This document shows, piece after piece, positions 1 to 13,864 of a DNA stretch of 64,000 nt. Position numbers and translations under genes: made by a program. Positions within the stretch are counted from its first letter, which is position 1; every line of letters starts with the position of its first letter. Source of the stretch: Ylistrum balloti (lineage: Eukaryota); NCBI RefSeq assembly GCF_031769215.1, contig NW_026782834.1, positions 248,001-312,000 on the forward strand, in the 5' to 3' direction. The notes beneath the pieces were generated by a model. That model saw only the letters and a program-made list of their open reading frames with translations, did no database searches and was not told the origin of the DNA.

Positions 1-82
1 TCACAAACAAGGAGCAGTTGACAGATAAGGGAACAGTTCAAAAACAAGGAAACAGCAGTTCACCAACAACAGTGTAGTGAAA

Positions 83-296
83 GACAAGGGTATAGTAACT
101 TGTTACTGACAATGGTATAGTTACTTGTTGCTGACAATGGTATAGTTACTTGTTACTGACAAGGTATAGTTACTTGTTACTGACAAGGGTATAGTTACTT
201 GTTACTGACAAGGGTATAGTTACTTGTTACTGACAAGGGTATAGTTACTTGTTACTGACAAGGGTATAGTTACTTGTTACTGACAATGGTATAGTT
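83..296. repeat. Minisatellite, 25-bp unit GACAAGGGTATAGTTACTTGTTACT, about 8.5 copies
   Basis: Directly visible tandem copies with few substitutions. Confidence 0.95.
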
Positions 297-1156
297 GACC
301 AATAAGGGAACAGCTGAAAACAACTTTGCAAAACTGACCAAATAATTTCATATGAAATCTTTGTATTCACAATTTTCCTTAGAAAATTCTGTAGACACTT
401 GGAGTTTTGAGTTCTGTTGAACATATCAACCCTCCAAAAAAAGCAAAGCAGGAAGTGATGAAGGTTACTCAAATCATTGTACGAAAGAGGGAATCACTAC
501 TTGTTTTATAACACTGACAGTTGATAAAAGTTCTCACAGCTTAAGGAAGCCTTTTCCATAGTGTCGCAGCACCACAACCTTTACAGAAGACAAATGTGTG
601 CGTCCTACCAAAAGCATTATCGACAAGAATTAATTGTGATATATAAATCAATACTAACATATGTATGTTGTTAATGGAAGCAAAAATAGCGTCTGGTCCC
701 AAATATGAACACAGTGGTCTTTACACTAGGCTGATGACTAACCTTTCTTCATGGTGAAACAGTGTTCCTGTTAGGGGCGTGCACCACCTGGAGACAAGGC
801 ATCATTCATTATGCCATTCTTTCATTACTTACACATTCCAATTTTTCAGAATACCACAAAATTTAATGGCAAACAAATCTGCTTCATTACAACAACACAT
901 AGTTTATGAAGCAAAAAATTTCATGTTCACAGAGCATTAGTTCATTTGAAAGTGCCCCACTTAAACATCTACAATAACTGGATTAGGAGTATACCTGACA
1001 TGATTTACATGAGCTCTGTACATTTACACCTACCCCAGTACAATAATTTTCCGTTTTGGAGTTCTATTGACAGAGTCCTTTCTCACAAAACTTATCAGAC
1101 AGAAATTATCTTTACTAGGACAGTATGTTATTTGAAGTTTTGAAAAAAAATTTAAG

Positions 1157-1213
1157 TACAGTGGAACTTTCCCAAACTGACCATACATAAGACAGGGACA
1201 AATTGGTCAGTTT
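1157..1213. mobile_element. Possible decayed Tc1/mariner-type MITE end
   Basis: It begins TACAGTGGAAC (a TA + CAGTGGAAC terminus typical of such MITEs) and has an internal inverted repeat, AAACTGACCA (1174-1183) / TGGTCAGTTT (1204-1213). No partner terminus was found. Confidence 0.3.
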
Positions 1214-2775
1214 ATAGCCGGTTCAGATTGCAGTGTGAACAAAGTATCTGAACCTAGATATATTATTGATTCAGTTCTCTTCTGCACATTACCTTATCCA
1301 TCCCTGATGTTTGCTTTGAACATTTATACCACACAGGTCGAAGTTTTCAAATGAAAAATGAAATTTCAATGAAAAGGAAATTAATTTATTTGTGTATTCA
1401 GTATGTGATTTCACTCAAGAAGAAATCATTGGATTTTCCATCAATGTCAGCATGGACTACATACAGCTAAAACCAGCTCCCTGTGCAATGATCTGCCAAG
1501 AAGTGTTTACAATATATTTGATGAACTGGATATTTGTCAAGATAAATTTCTTTTTTTAAACAACACTCTATCAATGTTTCCATTTCATACATGTTAAAAT
1601 AACATTTGTGAGTGATTGATTTTGAGAATTTAAGGGTTGGTTAAAGGAAGTTGCACTGTGTTTAAATTTCTTTTTCTCTGTAACTATTTCAATGTAAGAG
1701 ATAGTAGAATAGATCATATCTAACTCTGTAGATACAGAAAAGGTTAATCATTGTTTATTGAGGATCATCTTTGTTTCAAATTTTTGTTGCCTTTTATGTT
1801 TTTTGTGTGTAGAATGCAAGATGGATAAAGCGGATTAACCCTGAGCATTTACAACTGATTTCAGGTAAAATTAAACATGATGGTAGTCATTTTGGTCTGA
1901 CTATAACACTTTCCTTCTATTTGAGGCAAAAACAAAGAGAAAATAATACTGATTAAAACAACTAATCACCATTCAAAAACAGCTGTGACTTAGTTGAAAA
2001 TTGGAATGGGAAACATGAACCACTGAACACCAAATCTAGTCATTCCATGACAGCACATGAGGAGACCAGATTGACAAGTCAGTCTGCACATGTATACAGT
2101 ATATGGTTTTCCCTGTAGCATTAATTACCATGACAAAATATATCACACTGCTCAACAGGAAGTGACTTGCCAGTGCTGTACCAGATCTGCATCCTGACAT
2201 GATTTACATGAAGTACAATCATATGACCTTGACCTTAATTCCTTTCCCTGTCACATAACCTGATCTCTCTTACATCCCTGGAGACAGCTGGCTGTTGCTA
2301 GGAATTTTGCTTAGGATTTGAATCACTGCATGATGCAGAAGTGTTGCACCTGATGTTACCATGATCTTCTGGTAGCAAACAATTCGAAGCCAGAACTTAC
2401 AAGTCCATAAAACAATCTAGTGTATGCCTTATGATGTACCTTAATGCATGACAGCATGGAAAAAAATCCTTTAAGTAACTTTCATTTTTATGAAGAAAAA
2501 TCTACTAAAATCTTTTAAAAAAAATAATGACATACTATAGACATTGAGGAGTACAAATTATCTCTGTTAATTCTAATATTCACACTTATACCTATATTAA
2601 CTAGCTCATGAATGACATCATCTGTTCTATTAAATCAACATTATTATAATAAATGCTGATTAATTTATGTTAAGTAACCCCAGTCAACATGATTATAGTA
2701 TAGTAGACTTGTGTATAAATAAAAGAATCCAACACAGTTCTAATAAGCACATTTATAAAACTTTTTTTAAGACTT

Positions 2776-2917
2776 TACCATTTTCATCCAGAAATAAGCC
2801 CATGTCTGGTAATAAGTCCACCTATATCAGATGTTACATCATTGTTGTGTAATAAGCCCATCCCAACTTTGAGCTAGTGTTCAGGCTCCCTAGGCTTATT
2901 GCAGGAAAAATAAGGTA
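2776..2917. mobile_element. Decayed MITE (about 142 bp) with imperfect TIRs
   Basis: The left end TACCATTTTCATCCAGAAATAAGCCC compares with the reverse complement of the right end, TACCTTATTTTTCCTGCAATAAGCCT. AATAAG(C/T)CC is repeated internally. It resembles TACCGTA...ATAAGCC-type non-autonomous DNA transposons. Confidence 0.6.
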
Positions 2918-5579
2918 TTATGTCACACTACCTTTACCAGGTAAAGGTACAATTCTCCATCCCCTGAAAGTCATTATGCTGCCCCCCCCCCTTTGCAGTG
3001 AAATTCTCTATATCCTGAAGGCTGCTATGACCCCTTGCCAGCTAAAGGGGAAATTCCCTATGTTATGCTAGCTTTATTATTACCCTAAAAAGTGTGCACA
3101 GCAGTATTTATATCTGAGCCTGGTGAATACATGATTTCAATGCTGATTAGGCGATGCTGCTATATTCGACAAGCTAGTGCTATGTTGGTCCCTATTTGCA
3201 ATAACTGGCTGTGGTCTGGAGAGGCAGGCGAGTTTCTCTGAGGTATTAAGTTGTACCTATATTTAACAAAATAGTTTATATAACTAGGGGAGTTTTTTTC
3301 AGCATGTGATAACAATATTTTTAAATTGCCAGCATTCACAGTGCACTTGCCTGTATGGGGCATGGTGAGTACTGATGAAGCTAGATTACATGGCATCATA
3401 GGAGCCCCGCCATTATACACATCAAATTTCGTGTTCATTACATCAGTAGGAACATAGAATAATTTGATCAAAAATCTTCCTCTCCCTACAAAGTCATCTC
3501 AAAAATTTATCGTACAGTTTTATATCACTTTCCCCCTCTGCCTTGCTCCAGTAATGCTTTGGCATAAAAATATTCCATGTCAGTCTGTCACTATCATGTT
3601 TTCATCTCAGGGATTGGGTGTTTTGTAATAACTAGGCTGATAACAAGGTTTTTTACATGTACGTTTCTTTAAAATTCCGCTTTGATTGCTATACTTATCG
3701 TATAAGGCATTTTCATAGGCTTCATCAACTGGTGGTTTCTAAGTCTATCTTAGTAGGTCATCTTTCTAAAACATGGAAGCCAAGGGCTGAAATCTCTCTT
3801 GTTAGTTAGAACAGAACCTTAATAATTCGAACAATAATTGCCCATGGTTTCTGAAATAAGAACCATTCATATTTCTCCAGATGAAATTTTCAACTTGTCA
3901 ATATCCTTTTAAAATCAAAATTTAAAAATGTTTATAATATCTAGGAAATAGAAATGGTTCATTCTGATAAAATACCAAATGACTTACCAAAAACAGTATG
4001 GTATATTTAAAATATTGAAACATTTCCAAAATATTTTTTTTCTATATCATCTTTTTTCAAATAATGTTGGCCTGGTACACAAATCATAAACAAATGCATG
4101 TGTTATATTACATGGACATCATCTTTTAAACAGTGTAATGTGGATTACTGCAGGTCTTTTGTTCTTGAGTAACTAACTATATGAATGAGTCATTTCTGTA
4201 TCTGTATCAAATAAACTTCTTAAAGGGAGATGAAAAGCTTCAGCGAGTGTTTATAGGGCCTTAATACTGAGTTATACAAGATGATTTATAAATCTGATCA
4301 ACCTCAAGACAGATAAATTGAATTTTAAACAGTAAATACCCAACAAATAATTTCATTTCCTGTATTCTTTTGGCTCATTTATGATTCCTAATATGTTTTT
4401 TTATCAATATCCCTGTTAAATTCATGTTACGAAAGATGACTTCCTTTTTTAATCAAATTTTCATCAATTGGCAGCAACATAAAATTTGGATAATGAAATT
4501 ATTAATTCTATATAGACATCCTGGCCCTTCCACTGGGTGACTATGGCCAGTGTGACTCATATGCCCTGTGTCTTTATCCCAAATTATCTAAATCATTAAG
4601 ATGGCAATGAGTTGTGTATTGTTTACAGCTGATCAGCTCAATGCCTTGCTACAGAATGTATATTTTGAAACTATTTATGTGTATTATACCACACTTATCA
4701 ATCAAATGACCTAGCTGACATGCACACCACCTCAACGGATCACTTTCCTTCTTTTTTTCTTGGAACAAAGTCACAATCTGTGAGTCATGGCTGAGGACTA
4801 GCTGTACAAGTAACACAACTTTCACTTTTTTTCTACCCATTTAAAGGTTACACCGTGTTTGATAAGATCCTGATTTGACTCTGGGTGAGGTGAATGTTTG
4901 GTGAGAATATGTACAAGTATATATACGCCTGTATGTCTTTGTGTTTGTAAACAAAGCTGGAATTATTTTGATTGTGACATAATAGGAAAAGAATGTCCTG
5001 CAAGCTAGACTTGAAAACATAAATCTTGGATGTAGATTGTAAAAGTGTTCTAGCAATGAATACTGCCATTCATGGCTAGTGGCAAGTTAATGGAGCTTTG
5101 ACATAGTAACTAGCCCCTCTCATGTAGAAATGTAATGTAACAACAATGTCAGATTTGACCTTTGACCCATACAACCTTATCATCACCACTTTGTCATGCC
5201 CACTACTGGAATTTTATTTGTAAACAATCTGTATCTCCTAACCATAGAAGAGAGGATAAATGTGCAGGACACTTTGTGGTGTGGTCATGCATGATACATG
5301 AGCAGACTTCAACGGTGCAGCATAGAAAGAAAATACTGGACACTTTATCTTCCATTTCTGCCCTTTTGTAAGTTTTCAAGTCAATAACAGCAAGTATTAT
5401 CTGTAGCAGAAATTTACCTGATAGAAGTAAGAGTTATAATACATTACTAGACGATGTCTTTCACTTTGGAATCCTTTTGTAAGCTACACTGTGGAGTTTC
5501 AAATAATTATGTATCTCTTTCATTTAGTCTGAATGAAATTAAGACCACATTACGTCTTCTCTTCTACACAACCACTTAA

Positions 5580-6432
5580 CAACGATCTCCACCACATTAC
5601 CACTCAACACACCATTTCCCCCACCACACCACTCAACAAACCCTAGCCCCACACCACCACTCAACAAACCCTAGCCCCACACCACCACACAACAAGCCAT
5701 CTCCACCACATCACCACTCAACAAACCCTATCTCCACACCCCCATTCAACAAACCCTATCCCCACACCACCACTCAACAAACCCTATCCCCACACCACCA
5801 CTCAACAAACCCTAGCCCCACACCACTACTCTACAAACCCTAGCCCCACACCACCACTCAACAAACCATCTCCACCACACTACCACTCAACAAACCATCT
5901 CCACCACACCACTATCCGACAAACCATCCCTCCTACACCACCATCCAACAAACCATCCCTCCCACACCACTATCCACAAACCATCCCTCCCCCACACCAC
6001 TATCTGACAAACCATCCCTCCCACACCACTATCCAACAAACCATCCCTCCCACACCACTATCCACAAACCATCCCTCCCCCACACCACTATCTGACAAAC
6101 CATCCCTCCCACACCACTATCTGACAAACGATCTATCCCACACCACTATCTGACAAAACATGCCCCCCCCACACCACTATCTGACAAACCATCCCTCCCA
6201 CACCACTATCCGACAAACCATCTATCCCACACCACTATCTGACAAAACATGTCCCCCCCACACCACTATCTGACAAACCATCCCTTTCACACCACTATCT
6301 GATAAACCATCCCTCCCACACCACTATCTGATAAACCATCCCTTCCACACCACTATCTGATAAACCATCCCTCCCACACCACTATCTGATAAACCATCCC
6401 TCCCACACCACTATCCGACAAACCATCTCCCC
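5580..6432. repeat. C/A-rich minisatellite with two related units: about 28 bp CCACACCACCACTCAACAAACCCTAGCC, then about 29 bp CCACACCACTATCTGACAAACCATCCCTC
   Basis: About 30 tandem copies. The unit type switches near 5910. Confidence 0.93.
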
Positions 6433-7094
6433 AATATCACATATCTATAGATTTGTCATGTAACTGATACAATTTAAATGTTGATTTACTGTTTTTAACT
6501 GACCACAAAGGCAAACAAACTGACAAATATTTACAATGGTAAACTGATAGATTATAAATGAATTAGCCAATTAATACTGGAATCAATAACAGGAAGGTAT
6601 GAGACCTATGAAATAAAAAAAAACTGATATCCACACCAGTGTAACACACACAGTTTAAGCAATATTAGACCTGTATCAGTCAGTATCACTTTGGTAAGGT
6701 GATATTCAGGTAAAAAATTGTCAGGTGTGCACAGAAATAATCAACTGAACCAATACAGCAGTAGAGCAAGAGGTATGACTAATACTGTCATTTGTATCAA
6801 TACAAGTGTCCCCATGGAAACACTTGGATTCCTATGTTAATGAGTGATGGTAAACAATTCATGACCATGATCAAAGCTAAGGCAGAGGTTGGACACCAGG
6901 AGGACGATTACCTGCTAATTGGTATTATTAATGTATAATGTAGTGACACCTTTACAGCCAGTTAACTGACACAGCTTTCATTGATGGCCTTTTAAACTCT
7001 CCCATACCAACTTGTCTTGGTCTCTGTTTATTTTTTAAAAAAATCAGTTTATCAGCAAGACAGGAATCTGTATCAAATGATTTCAAAATCTGTG

Positions 7095-7460
7095 ACTGTA
7101 AACAGTATCTGACCACTAGTGGCCAAAGTCTCAGTCCGTAAACAGTATCTGACCACTAGTGGCCAAAGTCTCTGTCAGTAAACAGTATCTGACCACTAGT
7201 GGCCAAAGACTCGGACTACAAATAAATGTCTGACCAGCCGTGACCTAAGTCTACGACTGTAAACAATATCTGACCACAGGGGCCTGTAACGAGTTGTAGT
7301 ATACCATACAAGCCTTCCTTTTCCAGAAACATTGTTACAGACCCCTGTGGTCTGACCGAGACTGACCTTGTCTGTAAATGTAAGCAATGTCTGACCAAAA
7401 TCTATCACCAAAGAATGGTCTGACCAAGAGTGGCGAAAGTCTGTAACACTGTATGACCAC
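7095..7460. repeat. 40-bp minisatellite (AACAGTATCTGACCACTAGTGGCCAAAGTCTC...), 3 good copies plus a degenerate tail
   Basis: AACAGTATCT recurs at 7101, 7141 and 7181. Decayed TCTGACC units continue to about 7460. Confidence 0.85.
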
Positions 7461-8659
7461 TATGACCATAGTCTAAGTAGATATATAGTTGATATGAATG
7501 GTTTACTGACTGATAAGAGTGTGTTTGTGGTTAGACAGGTGTAAGGTTCCCATACTTGTGGTTTGACCTGATCTGACTGCTAGCTACTTGATCTATCATC
7601 CACAACCATGTACTGATCACCAGAAAAACCCTCATAGCCTTATCAAATATACAGGTGTACAGTTTTCTGCTACCTGCACTAACGACTTTGATCATGGTAT
7701 TACAGGTATAATGTAATCTGTTACCCACACTTACAACTATCAAGTGCCGTGTAGTGTTACCTGTATATTTATGAGGGGAAGTTGAGGTGATACAGCATAA
7801 CTTAATGATGATTTAAGGTTTTGATGTTAGAATGATCACAGACCTGATCCAGTGAAGTGTACCAGACACAATCTGGCCTACATCTTGGTTTTCCATGTTA
7901 TATACTTGATAATGGTGGTTTAATTAGGTTTTCTATGCCGCATTTGGAATGTCTGGTTTTCTAGATTTCTGTGTAAATTATACTAAATTTCACTCACTGG
8001 TCATTTATCAGTAACATTATATAGAGATGACAGTATAGAGTAGATATGATAGAAATATTTTACAATCCTACACACACTCACACACAACAGGATAACCAGG
8101 TATCAGTTCTGTGTCATAGTACACCTTCTAATTCAATAATTATCATATACTTCTATGTATGCTCTGAGTTGACTTATTTTGTTGGCCGTGAATTTTTCTC
8201 TTCCATTTTGAATAATCTTTTAGTTTTTCATTAGGACATGCCTTTAGATCTATTTCTAAATAAGGAGATTACAGCAGACTTTCATTACAGATGAAAAGGT
8301 CTGATCTAAAGGCCAATACAATGTGTAAAAACTGTGTAGACTTCAAAGCGTCACAAAAATACTAAAGACATTGTAGAGTAAGACAATAGAGTTTAAACAA
8401 ACAGGTCGGACTTTCTATTATGTCACCAGAACACTGATGTTCATTGGTGAGACGATACCGATACGGGACACAGGAGTCACAGAGACAGAAAACCTGTCAA
8501 TCAATTAATCAGACTTTCTTTATGTCTACATGTGTGACCACTGTTGACTATGACCAGTAGGTTTTATGTGTGTCTACATACCTCTCTTAGCCAGCCCCCT
8601 CTGTAGTATGACTACTGTCTACTATAACCATTAGGCCCTCTGTAATGTGACCACTGTCT

Positions 8660-8960
8660 ACTATGATCTCTGCTTAATGGCAATAAAAAATTTAATCTGT
8701 GCTTATTGGTTATACAAAAGGGCAATATCTGCTTATTGGCTATTCAAAAATCAATATCTGCTTATCCGGTATATAAAACATCAATCTCTGCTTATTGACT
8801 GTTTAAAAAAATTGATCTCGGCCTACTGTCCTTTATACAATAGGTCAATCTGTGCTAATTTTCCTTGGTACAAGAGCTTGATCTCTGCTGATTTTATCTT
8901 ATACACTTGGTCAATCTTTGCTTATTGTCCTTTAGACAAAAAGTCAATTTGTACTTATAG
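8660..8960. repeat. Degenerate minisatellite, about 29-33 bp (ATCTCTGCTTATTG... core), about 9-10 copies
   Basis: ATCT(C/G)TGCTTATT recurs. This accounts for the spurious ORF 8647-8988. Confidence 0.75.
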
Positions 8961-9529
8961 ACTTCCTTCTCACACCAACTCCTCATAATCAATTGTTTCA
9001 ATACCTGATACACACATATCGTTTGATGTTGGTTCAAGGAACTGAACACGGATTTTAATTGATATAACTAACAAATGCTAACATACAAACACAACATGTG
9101 ATTCTTATTAATCAAAACTGAAATCAGCTCATCACTTTAAAAAACAACTCAGTATTTTAATTTACACTTAATCATACCCCCTGTCTGACCATTGTTACAT
9201 TGCGTAAGACAACACAGGCTGGTTAGGTGCAGTTTCTGCCTCACAAGTAAATCACAGGTTACACAGCAGGTCTGTCAGGGCTTTACACCAATAAAAAGGT
9301 TCTTTGTGTGGTTAACAGTGAACTGTGGTGATAAGTAACCACAAAGATCAGTCTATATTTATGTGGTTAGAGGGCTTTGTGATGATACCCATTCCTCCCT
9401 ATAATTATGGAGGTAACAGCCATTTCACACTCAGATCCCCTTCACTGCTACCTCTTCATAATCTCTCAATAATTAAGGTCCCTACCTCTTTGTTACATGA
9501 AGTCCCTGTGATCTGTTTTTCACAAGTCA

Positions 9530-9880
9530 ATATATCTGTTCTCAATATCACCTAGAGTCCCAGGGACCTCCATCAAACCACACATCTATATCTCAAAGTT
9601 ACCCACCATTCCTTTGACTCCCCACTCCTCAATATCACCCAGAGTCCCAGGGACCTCCCTTAAACCACAAATCTATATCTCAAAGTTATCCACCATTCCT
9701 CTGACACCCAGCTCCTCAACATCACCCAGAGTCCTAGGGACCTCCCTTAAACCACAAATCTATATCTCAAAATTACCCACCATTCCTCTGACACCCCCTC
9801 CTCAATATCACCCAGAGTCCCAGGGACCTCCCTTAAACTACACATCTATATCTCAAAGTTACCCACCATTTCTATATCTC
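9530..9880. repeat. Tandem repeat, about 87-bp unit, about 4 copies
   Basis: CTCAA(T/C)ATCACC(C/T)AGAGTCC recurs at 9541, 9628, 9715 and 9801. Confidence 0.92.
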
Positions 9881-12617
9881 AATGTTACTTGTCATTAGTT
9901 TCACATTGCTTGTCCTTAATTTTTACACAAAGTTCTGGAGTCTGTTTTAAATACATAAATGTTACCCAGATGCCATGTGGTCTTTCTGGAATCACAAATC
10001 CACACCAGCTCTATCCTTCATGATCCTACACATACAGTTAAAGTATGTTATTTATAATTCTTATCTATCTGTGATATTTTTCTGTGTCCAACAGTATCCT
10101 GTGATCACCTGTCCCAAACAATCAAACCAGGCAATACTTCTTCAGCTATTGTGTGGTTTTCAGGTATATCCTTATTAAAGTGGTGTAAATTAAATAGTTT
10201 GTGACAGAACAACAACAATTCATCAATTGTTCCTGTTTTGATGACACATCGTGTTTTATGGTTTTCACTTTTACTTTTAACACAAGATAACAATAAATTG
10301 TAGACTGAAAGTCACTTCCTTTCCGAACTGCAGAAAAACCCAAATTGTTAGTAAACATCAAATTACCTGTGACCGTGACGTATCAAATTTTCTCATGTCT
10401 GAACAGTTTTATAAAGCCTGAATCATACCCTGACAAAAAAATCATCACACCTGATATTTCAACCAATCAAAAGGTCGAAAGTTTTGATAAATGTAGATCT
10501 ATAGGTATAGCTGTATCTTAGTCACACAATGTCCTGTTTCGTTAACCATCAGTTTGTAAAGGGAAATAAAATTAACAAAAATTGGATCGCAATCGACATG
10601 ACAAATGACTCCACAAAACCCTGTGGATAAACTAAACTCAGTTTTGGGGGATTTTTCTCTAAGTTTCATTTCTATTCATTTGTTTATTTTCCTATTACCA
10701 AATGCTCCAGTGCATATCATGAATACAAAGTATATCACAAATCGAATTCTGACAAGTGCATCGATATAATATTGAGGAACAAAGCTTAATGTTAAGTCTG
10801 TGATTTTCTACTATAAAACAGTGATATTTATCGTTTTTAATATTCTTCTGTTTTCCTTAAAGTTAAGTACACAAAACAAATATTTTCTGTTCTCCTAAAT
10901 TCAGGTTCGTTCTTGAGATGAAAAGAATATTGAGAGAAAAAGTTCAGTTGTGTTTTTGGTTGTTTATTGAGTCAGCTCAGAAATGAAGATCTATAAATCT
11001 GCCTCAGACAGTTATTTTGGACTTCAGAGATGATTGCAGTCAAAATTACTTCATTGTGGAGAAAAAAATCACATCTTGTGAAGCTTTGAAATGGATATTA
11101 TAACAAGGATATGAGGAAAAAACCTACCGCTAAGGACATTCGACCACACATATGTATAAAGGACAATGCTTCATGATCCCAAACATAGTTTCTTACTTTA
11201 AATAAGACATATCAGACGGTTTTAACAACAGAAAGTCACAAATGGTCGTTTAAAGAGGAAAAAATACATCTGTGACAAATTTGAAATGTAGCTAACTCAA
11301 ATTACAATGACAGCTAAATATTTCACTAACTCTCAAATATCTAACGTTTAAATAACTCTCAACTTTCAGTAGTCTGGGGAGAATACAGCAAATGTGAATA
11401 TTTCAGTGGTAATTTTATTTAGCACTTTTCTCATTGAACATAAATATGTTCATCTTAATTACGGTACAGCTTTTGGATCTTATTCAGGTAGCAATCATTG
11501 TGGACAAACTATTTTATCATTGTGCTAATTTGCAACAAAGTGATGATATACTGAAATTTGAATGCATCAAATTAAGTATCTTTACAGTACCTTACAGACA
11601 GCCAACTAAATCACCAAATCTATGAGGTCAGTGACAAACATCAACCCTCAAGTCCAGTGATAACCAAACAGAACATCAACTATCTGCTCACAGTGAATCA
11701 TTATCTTTGGAAAAATCAAATAGATTCTCAGTGTCACCAACCTCTTGTCAAATAATATCTGGTCATGCCCTTCAAAATCAAGGGTGGCAGGGTTTTTTTA
11801 TAGGGTCATCAGGTAAAAAGACCTTATAATCAATTCTATTGTATAGTTATCACTCCTGTATGTATTCAGATGATGTTTTATGGTATGTTTGAACAGTATT
11901 TTGACTACATTATACCTTAACATTGAATTTGAAACTTTTAACACTGATCAAAAGTTGAGAAATAGCATTTTTCACAATTTGAACAGGTCACAATATGGCC
12001 TGGTTGATATGATGAAATCAGGCTGGCAACACTAGACATTTGTTTCAAAATAATTATCTCTTTATATTAATTCATTCAATGATTACTGGCTTGCAGTGAC
12101 CACTAAGATAATAAAAAACCTGCCCTAAATAGACTCATTAAGAAGACACTATGCTAACCTCCATCATCTTACATGCATGATTTCACAATAAAGACCATTA
12201 ACACATGTTATGATGACAATGAATGAATTATTCACCAAGCATACAAAAAGACAAGAAGTCTAGCTCATATATCACAAAATCTGCAATTACTCAGTAGAAA
12301 CCTAGTAAGATACAAACAAATCTATAATTAATAACTTTCTCTGTAACTATTGTGATAAGTGGAGCTGCATTCCTGACAGTTGCTTAGTCAATAGAACCCT
12401 TCATTTCCCCTTGAAGTGATTTTAGATTTGCTTGAACAATTGGAGCAGCAATTCCATCATAGGAATGCATCCTTTATATATAAGTTTCAATACAAGATAA
12501 ATTGTCATAACCACACAATCATTTATAATTTGTAAAGCAGAAATTAAGCTTTAATAGCAGACATCAGAAGAGAGAAAGTTGATGTTCTACCTAATAGAAG
12601 AAACTTTGATGTACAAC

Positions 12618-13255
12618 AAAGTTTGTAAATGAGAATTAATTAAAGTCTTTCACAAGAAGTTTGCAAAGGAGGCTAACCACTCACAATAAGTCTGTAAAGG
12701 TCTGTAAAAGAAACACAATCAAAAAGTTTGTAAATGAGAATTAATTAAAGTCTTTCACAAGAAGTTTGCAAAGGAGGCTAACCACTCACAATAAGTCTGT
12801 AAAGGTCTGTAAAAGAAACACAATCAAAAAGTTTGTAAATGAGAATTAATTAAAGTCTTTCACAAGAAGTTTGCAAAGGAGGCTAACCACTCACAATAAG
12901 TCTGTAAAGGTCTGTAAAAGAAACACAATCTTTTACAATAACTGTGCAATGGAGACACATCCTTTCACAATTAGCTTGTAAAGGAGACACAACCTTTTTC
13001 AATAAGTTTGTAAAGGAGACACAACCTTTCACAAATAGTTTGTTAAAGAGACACAACCTTTCATGATAAGTCTGTATAGGAGACACAAGACTTTCACAAT
13101 AAGTCTGTAAAAGAAACACAATCTTTTACACTAACTTTGCAAAGGAGACACAACCTTTCAAAAAAAGTGTGTATAAGAAACACAACTTTTTAAAAATAGT
13201 TTGTTAAAGTGACATGACCTTTCAAAGTAAGTTTGTATAGGAGAATGTGTATAAT
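12618..13255. repeat. Three near-identical 105-bp higher-order units followed by degenerate monomers of about 32 bp
   Basis: GTTTGTAAAT recurs at 12621, 12726 and 12831. Monomers like AAGGAGACACAACCTTTCACAATAAGTTTGTA continue to about 13255. Confidence 0.9.
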
Positions 13256-13864
13256 GGAAACCACTATCATTTTTGACCAAAGAAGTAAAGTTCATGGATG
13301 GACCTGCAGATTGACTGTTATCACAGCAGTATGTGTTAATGATTGTCATGGCTACAGCTTCTCACTACTGGATATTCCCACGACAGTACCAGCCTGTCTT
13401 CATTAGTACATAGCTTCCTTAACTAGGGGCTATAATTACACTATTTCACAGGGTCAATGATAGAGCAAATTTGGAAGCCATTCACAAATCCTGTCCTTTA
13501 ACTATAAAGGCTAATTAAGTCATGTAATATCTTCTAATTATCTCAAAATATTTTACACTATGAATTACTCTTGAAGTAAGAATAAAATTACAGGACAGAG
13601 ACAGATATACTGGAAATAATATAACATGGTTCATGTTTAATCATTTTCAGTCAAAATCAAAGGTAAGACGGAAGTAATGGTGGCAGGTCAGTGTTAATCT
13701 ATAGTGCACTGACCCTCGTGTTTGATGGGAACAACTTAGTCATAGTTCTAACAGGGGTCACAAACACACCTCATTTTCTCGATGGGTTAACATCAAAAAA
13801 ATTATTTAAGGGTCAACTTGCTTTCAGTATATTTTGTTCATATATGATATGTTAACACTTACTG

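Noticed and set aside
743-787. 45-nt minus-strand segment with good splice sites (ctccag| ... AAG|gttagt) beginning GT GGT, like the expected exon 4
   Set aside because: In the required phase it reads GGARP-stop, with no similarity beyond GG. A similar chance match occurs near 2820. It could only be a truncating exon, and I have no evidence for that.
3160-3495. 103-aa minus-strand ORF with a phase-compatible acceptor, as a candidate exon 4
   Set aside because: It shows no recognisable similarity to the GGF/linker/GPTRILP region of DUSP8/16.
5620-5860. AAACCCT telomere-like heptamer within satellite units
   Set aside because: There is a single copy per 28-bp unit, not a tandem telomeric tract.
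8647-8988. 113-aa ORF with W/Y/C periodicity
   Set aside because: It derives from a degenerate minisatellite, and the repeat register shifts within the ORF.
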